Source: Lobosporangium transversale
Lineage: Eukaryota
DNA length: 64,000 bases
Direction of reading: 5' to 3'
Assembly (NCBI RefSeq): GCF_002105155.1
Contig: NW_019028982.1
Coordinates: forward strand, 682,001 to 746,000
The notes under the pieces were generated by a model. That model searched no databases and was not told the origin of the DNA. It worked only from the letters and a program-made list of their open reading frames with translations. Of the stretch, positions 57,356 to 64,000 are shown in pieces (the first letter of the stretch is position 1; every line of letters starts with the position of its first letter). Both the position numbers and the translations under genes were made by a program.

Positions 57356-57878
57356 GTCGACATTGAGCATGTAGTACAGTATGTGTGAATATATATAACA
57401 TTGTGTTATAAAAATATGTTAATCAATTATATATAGATACATAGGTGTTGTAGTCAGTGATCGAAAACAATATGTTCAATAGTATTGCCAATTCATTGCT
57501 TTCTATTCTTTTTTTTTTATGGTTTGTCCAACTGCCCTTCTTCTTTGTTACAGACAGGGTCTTATTAAAGTTGTTTCCTAGTTTGTTTTTATATATTTAT
57601 TTGATATCCTCACTGGTTGAGAGCACAAAAAATTTTGTTTCTGTAAGCAACCGATCTCATTTAGAGAGTGCATGTATATCGCCGTACTGCCCTCTTACTC
57701 TGACTATCATATCGTCAGCAAAAATGCCTCCTTCAAGAAAATAGGGTTTGTTTGTTTGTATGTGCACTCTCAGGGAGTTGATGGTTGAATCTCTATGTAC
57801 TCTCGCATGCACGCACACATCCCTAAGATAACCCTTAGATAGTCATCTGTTGAAACGTCGATCTTGACTCGAAAATTG

Positions 57879-57886
57879 TATAAATA
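57879..57886 (+). promoter_or_regulatory. Probable TATA box of the subtilisin gene
   Basis: TATAAATA about 165 bp upstream of the ATG, followed by a pyrimidine-rich leader. Confidence 0.5.
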
Positions 57887-58045
57887 CCCTGCAACCTCAC
57901 CTCCAATCCCCCTTTTTTTTATTCCTCATTCACATCCACATCTTCTCAACTCAACTCAGCTTTTCAACAAAAGAAAAAAAAATAAAAAATAAAAAAAAAC
58001 AAACCCCTTCACAAACACACAACACATTCTTAAACTCCTTTCACT

Positions 58046-59224
58046 ATGAAGTTCACCATTGTTATCGCTGCTGTCATTGCCGTGGTCCAGGCTGCTCCCC
58101 TCATCCGCAACGGAGGCAAGCCCATCCCTGACTCTTACATTGTCGTCCTCAAGGACGGCACCACTGTTGATTCCTTTGTTCCCAAGTTCGATGACATTGC
58201 TCGCCGTCAGAACGGCCGTGGTCGCAAGCCCACCATCCACCGCAAGTACAACAAGATCTCCGGTTTCGCTGCCAATGTCAACAAGGCTGCCTTGAAGGAG
58301 CTTTTGGCTTCTCCTGAGGTTGCATACATTGAACAGGATGCCATCTACACCATCCAGGGCTCTCAGACCTCCCCTCCATCCTGGGGCCTCACCCGCGTCT
58401 CTCAGCAGGCCCTCGACTTGACCCTTCCCTATGTCTATAACGATGCTGCTGGTGAGGGTGTCACTGCCTATGTTGTTGACACTGGTGTCTACATTGAGCA
58501 CGAGGACTTTGAGGGCCGTGCTACCTGGGGCGCCAACTTTATTGACGGCTCAGATGACACTGACGAGAACGGACACGGTACCCACGTCGCTGGTACGATC
58601 GGTGGTACCTCCTACGGTATTGCCAAGAAGGTCAACATTGTTGGTGTCAAGGTCCTTGATGGTGAAGGATCTGGCTCAACTTCGGGTGTTGTTGCTGGTA
58701 TGGACTGGGTTGCTGAGAACGCCACTGCTGGAAAGTCGGTCGTCAACATGTCGCTCGGTGGTACAAAGTCCAAGGCTATTGATGATGCTGCTGCTCGTCT
58801 TTTCAAGGCCAACATCCCCTTGATTGTTGCTGCTGGTAACAGCGCCACCACCGATGCCTGCACTGGCTCTCCCTCTGGTGCTGTCAACGCCTTCACTGTT
58901 GCTGCCTCAGACAAGGCTGACAAGGTTGCCTCATTCACCTCTTACGGAAAGTGCGTTGAGATCTTTGCTCCCGGTGTTGGCATTACCTCTGCCTGGATCG
59001 GCTCCCCCAGCGCCAAGAACACTATTTCGGGTACCTCGATGGCCACTCCCCACGTCGCTGGTGTTGCTGCTCTCTACCTCTCTATCAACAGCATCCCCAC
59101 TGCCCAGGGTGTCTTTGACCAGCTCCTCTCCACCTCCACTGCTGGCAAGATCACCGGTAACTTGAAGGGTTCTCCCAACAAGCTCCTCTTCAACGGCGCT
59201 CTCAATGCCTCCGTCTCTGCTTAA
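58046..59224 (+). CDS. Secreted subtilisin-like serine protease (S8A, proteinase K type), intronless
   Basis: Signal peptide, I9 propeptide (SYIVVLK...GFAA...VAYIEQD), catalytic triad VVDTG / HGTHVAG / GTSMATPHVAG, oxyanion AAGN; strong C-ending codon bias. Confidence 0.97.
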   Translation: MKFTIVIAAVIAVVQAAPLIRNGGKPIPDSYIVVLKDGTTVDSFVPKFDDIARRQNGRGRKPTIHRKYNKISGFAANVNKAALKELLASPEVAYIEQDAIYTIQGSQTSPPSWGLTRVSQQALDLTLPYVYNDAAGEGVTAYVVDTGVYIEHEDFEGRATWGANFIDGSDDTDENGHGTHVAGTIGGTSYGIAKKVNIVGVKVLDGEGSGSTSGVVAGMDWVAENATAGKSVVNMSLGGTKSKAIDDAAARLFKANIPLIVAAGNSATTDACTGSPSGAVNAFTVAASDKADKVASFTSYGKCVEIFAPGVGITSAWIGSPSAKNTISGTSMATPHVAGVAALYLSINSIPTAQGVFDQLLSTSTAGKITGNLKGSPNKLLFNGALNASVSA

Positions 59225-61610
59225 GTGAAGAGTGATTGCGGAGAAAGATCATGGATTTGTCCTTTTCATGTATATTCATTTGTTTTGTAGATTCTTAAGG
59301 ATGATTGATTCATTCGCCTTTTCTTTTCAATTCAAAATTTCTTACTTTCAGATGTAGTTTTTACGATTGATTCGTAATAATAACAACAACAACAACGACA
59401 ACAACAACAACAACAAAAAAAGATAGATTCATTTATCTCATAATAAAAAAAAACTATGGGCGTTGATCGTCCGTTAGTTATCCTTAAAAAAAAACCCACC
59501 TTCATCTTTTTAAACACCTGATGATAAAAATATACTACTACAATTTCATTGTTCTTCTCCTTTCCTTTGAAAAAAAAAAAAAAAAAAAAAAAAAAAGACT
59601 ATCCAACATTTTCCAATGCATGCCAGTGTTTGCGCTTGAACACAAAAAAAAAAAAAAGGGGGAGAAGGAGGACAGGTACAAGGGAAAGAATGAAAAGATC
59701 TTATTGGAAGGCTAACCATCAACGTGTCATGATTGTTAGTCATTAATCCGGTAGACCAAAGAGCTAAAATGGCATTGGCTTTTTCATTTTCATCCTTTGC
59801 AGTTTCAATGTCCGTGTCATTTTTATGCTATTCCTCCGTTTAATTAAAAAAAAAAAAAACTCTGTCCACCTGTGGGGAAGATCTCCACATTGTTTGTCTT
59901 TTGAATATAAAATACTCAGCCGCCCAAATCCTTAACGAAGAGGAGGGAAGGGGCTTAGCAATCCACGTGACATTCATTTTTTATAGATGTAAAAAAAATA
60001 CATGACGTTTTCTTTTGTGGAAATACAACCAATCAATGAAGCCAATTAAAATTACGTCTGATAAAAATACTTTTTTTTTTTTTTTTTTTCTTTTTTTTGA
60101 TCAAGCGAGTGGAGTGAGAAAATCTGTTAGGCCAATGATCAAAAGGTGTCGAGTCACTTCTGTAGTCCTGTAGTCTATCATTAACCAACAGACTTTAATT
60201 TTCCTGCACAATTGTACATCATCAATTGCTATTATGATTTTTACCTGTTTTGTCGTGATAAACTATGAATGTAATTTACATTCTGCTGCACCCTAGTCTG
60301 CGTACGTCTTGCACCGAACAAAGTAAGAGGGTTTGACCTCATTTTTACATACACACACATGCACACATAGACTAAACAGCTAAACAACCACTGATCATTA
60401 TTTATCCATTCAAGGAATACATTCTACAGGTAATGGTAATAATAATAACAATAATAATAGCATTGGGTATAAGGTGGCAGCTTAGGAAAGTATGGACACA
60501 CCAGGGATACTCACAATGGAAATATTATTTCAGGTCAAATAAAGGGAAATAGAGAACACTGTAGAGTCAGAATAAAGTAAATGGAATAAAGTCTCCCTGA
60601 ATCCAAATGAGCTTCAGTTGAGGAAGAAAAGTAGGGCAGCTGTGTGGAGTGGAGCGAGTGGAGTAAGCAAAGAATGATTTTGGACAATGCTTTGGGTAGA
60701 TGTAATTGCCTTTTCGGCTGGTAACAGCTTTTTTTTTTTATTTTTATTTTTTATTTTACTAAGGTATGGTATATGTTTATGTATAAATATATAATTTACA
60801 TGTAATAATTATTAATGTTAGTTAAGAGTCTTTGCTGAAGTGAAGTACGGGCAAATTGCCTCTCTGGTCACACCTCCGTCCTTTTTTCGTTCTCTTTTTT
60901 TTTCTCACTTGGAATCCTTTTTTCTTTCTTTTTCTCTCACTGTTCCTTCCTTTTGATTTTTTTTTTTTTTTAATCACTTCCTCAGTGATCTCTTCTTTTC
61001 CTTCCTTCCTTCATTGTCCATTCTGGTTTTGTTAAAGAGACATCATCTTTATTGCTTTTGCTCATTCATACCCTCTCCCTCTCCCTCTTTCCCCCTCTTC
61101 CTCCTATCTCTCTCTATCTCTCTTCTCCCTCCAATTCGTTCTCTCCTCTGCTCTATACGCCGCTTCTCTTGTCTCTCGCTATCATCCCCGCAGCTCTTAA
61201 AATCATACCCAACTTTACAACACTTTGCATTTTTGTTCATTTGCAGGTTTACATTGTCTATCTATTATCCCTTTCTTCTTTGATATCATTATCATTATTA
61301 TTATCATCATTATTATCTTGTTGAGCATTCGCAAGCACTTCGGCCATCATTTCAGTTACTGTTTCCTCCCTTTCTGCTCACTCTCATTTGCTATCTCACT
61401 TTCTATCACTCTTTCCTTTGCTCCTCACAGCCCGTACTATGTCCTTCTGTTGACCCATAGCGTTCTTCTTTCATTCCTCTTAATAATCGATCGAAAAAAG
61501 AAAACCTAGTCTTGAAGCAAAAAGGAAATATCACCCAAGCCATAAAGGAACCAACCATTCTTCCTTCTGCCTTCCATCATTTTCTCTCGGCTGTCCTTGC
61601 TTAACTCTTT

Positions 61611-61642
<32 letters not shown>

Positions 61643-61712
61643 GGGCAATACTCGTCTTTACCTTTCCTTTTTCCCTCTTATTTCTTTCGGTATTACGCTG
61701 CTAAAATCGCCC

Positions 61713-64000
61713 ATGGATTGGTCTCCTTCCGTGTCGATTGACGACAGCCAAGTATTTGCCACGACGACCGACTTGACACTCAGCAGCTCATCTTCTACTT
61801 CCAATACGAGTGTCAATGTCAACGTCAATGTCAATGTCAATGTCAATTCCAACAGTCTCATCGACATCTATTGTTCACAACAACGTCGTGAATATGTGGA
61901 TCCTCATCTGACAGAGCACATCGCTGACCTATGTCTGCTAAAGCTGCAGCAAGCATCCTCCGGTCGGCATCATTCCCTGTTACGCCAGGTGCAGCTCACT
62001 TGGTAAGGGTGACCAACATGATATTCATACATCTGTTGTCTAAGCTTTCTGTCTTTGTTTTGTTTTTCTCTTTCTTTTTTTTTTTTTTTTTTGTTTTTTT
62101 TTTAAAAATGTGTGTGCTGCTGCTTGTGTTGTCTTTAATGTGACATGTTTGCTGCTGAGGTTTCTTTCTCTCTCTCTTTCTCTCTCATTGTACTGTACAA
62201 GCGATAATATTATATGATTGAGAGCAGGCTGTCGACACATTACTGCTGTGCGTCAATATCTTTATGAAATGTTCTCTATACTGTCTATCGGTGTATCTGT
62301 CTGTCTTGTCCTTTCTTGTCTTGTCTGTCATGGATAATTCTCATGATGAAAAAAGAAAGAAAGAAAAAAAAAAAAAAAAACAAAAAAAACTAACTTTTTA
62401 TTTGTTTTTTTTTTTTTATTTTTTTTTTTTTTTTGCTTCTCTCTGCATGTAATGCTCCATTAATATCTACAAAGTATGCTGCATCGGATCAGAATGCAGG
62501 CATTCATGCGCCCAGTCATGACTGGCTATCTGCATCAACAGTTGCAGCATCATCCACATCTTGTACACGACCAACAGCAGCAGTTAGCTTTTGAGCAAAG
62601 CATATCCATGGCTCATCAGCCTTCAGGTTATGAATGGAGTCAGGATCCATCTCTTAGTTCCAATCAATTGGCTTCTGCCCTGTCGTTCGATATGTTGCTT
62701 AGTATGGGATCTTCCGCCTCCACAGTATCTACTTCCTCATCAGTTCCTGGTGTCTCAGCATCGTCGGAACTTACAGAGGCTGACCAGGACATGTTTGGCC
62801 TTGGACAGCCTCAGCAACATCATTCACTGTCTTCCATTCCCCTCGTGTCCTTCTCTAACGATTATTCTGCATCATCAACGAATAACTCCTTTCCACAAGA
62901 TCAGATCTTGTCGTCGCAAGAACTTTCGAACCCCACAGCTATTTCTCTTTCTTCCATACCATCATCACCATCAATAACACCACTTTCACATCATCAGCCA
63001 TCTTTGGTATCTGTTACAGCTCTTCCACAACAGACGTATTATGAGCTGTTGATGGCAGCTAACCCCAATGAGCCACTATCGCAGCTTCTATCGACGAATG
63101 CCACAGCTATGACATCTTCATCTTTTACTGTCACTTCATCATCGTCTTCTCTTGTCTCTTCAGAAGCGACTTCGTCTTATACAGTACTAGACGTCTCACT
63201 TTCTGATGCTATGGCGAGCAATGCATCATCATCGTCTGATTCTGTAACGGTAGACATTCCTCGCGCTGAACAGATCCTAAAGTCGGTCACCAGCACATTC
63301 TCCATGTCGAACTTTTCAGTAGAACCTAGTTCCGAAACCGAACCTGGACTTGGACCTGAACCTGAGCCGGAGCTTGAATCAAGAACAGAATCTTCACCGC
63401 ATGTGCCTCAGCAGACTGTTCCATTGACAACCAAAGAGATTATGGATGCACTTTCTGGTCAGTTCCCAATTCAACCAATAGCATCTTTACCTACATCTTC
63501 CGAGTTAAACACGGAAGCTGTAGTGTCTTTGTCTACTTCGGCTACAATTGCAACGGAGACCCTTCCTTTGAAACAGAATGAGTTGTCTGTTGAGAAGGCT
63601 GTAGTAGATATATTGCCTTGTACTCTGTCCTCCACAAATACCATAGCTACCTTGGAAAGCTCTGTGTCCGAACTGACATGTGCACGATCTATGGACTCTT
63701 TAGAGTATCTGAGCACTGCTGATACTACTGCAGTACCTACCGACTCTGCTGATACTACTGCAGTACCTACCGACTCTGCTGATACTACTGCAGTACCTAC
63801 CGACTCTGCTGAAGAGACATGTAAAAAGCACAGCGCTTCCGAATCACAGTCTCTAGCGGCGTCGTCGTCGTTTTCAGAGCCAAGGTCGGATGAATCATGG
63901 GACAGTGACTGCGATATGCTGAGCCCACCACCGCTTTGTCACCAGGACACAGACGCCGAGGATAGCATAGCCGCAACCGAAGTAGAAAAGGCTCTTGACA
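61713..64000 (+). CDS. Ser/Thr-rich protein with SERTA-like motif, 3' end beyond the window; exons 61713-62002, 62475-64000+
   Basis: GT donor at 62003 and AG acceptor at 62473-62474 give ...HIADLCLLKLQQASSGRHHSLLRQVQLTC-MLHRIRMQAF...; exon 2 appears to stay open to the window edge, which explains its absence from the ORF track. Confidence 0.7.
63716..63812 (+). repeat. Perfect 3 x 30-bp coding tandem repeat (DTTAVPTDSA x3)
   Basis: GATACTACTGCAGTACCTACCGACTCTGCT at 63721, 63751 and 63781. Confidence 0.95.

Overview
Eukaryotic, intron-rich fungal DNA with very long poly(A)/poly(T) tracts and microsatellites in introns and spacers. The gene content (CotH, NACHT family type, tandem FAD monooxygenases) suggests an early-diverging fungus, probably Mortierellaceae; this is an inference. 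Genes spliced by hand from GT-AG junctions, in order: DEDDy 3'-5' exonuclease, tRNA-Ala(UGC), alpha-tubulin acetyltransferase (ATAT1/MEC-17), YAK1/DYRK kinase, a decayed chimeric Ulp1-like + NACHT pseudogene, tRNA-Leu(CAG), a stand-alone I9 protease inhibitor with a signal peptide, a Ser-rich protein with a SERTA/IER-like motif, HEATR5/Laa1, dynactin p62, elongin C, two tandem FAD monooxygenases, a CotH protein, FATP/Fat1, a secreted subtilisin, and a second SERTA-like protein running off the right edge. Most notable: an intact cilium-associated tubulin acetyltransferase in an apparently non-flagellate fungus, two proteins with a SERTA/IER-like helix motif, the protease-NACHT pseudogene chimera, and a non-coding array with 22-bp periodicity. 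All family calls come from motif recognition by eye; no searches were run.
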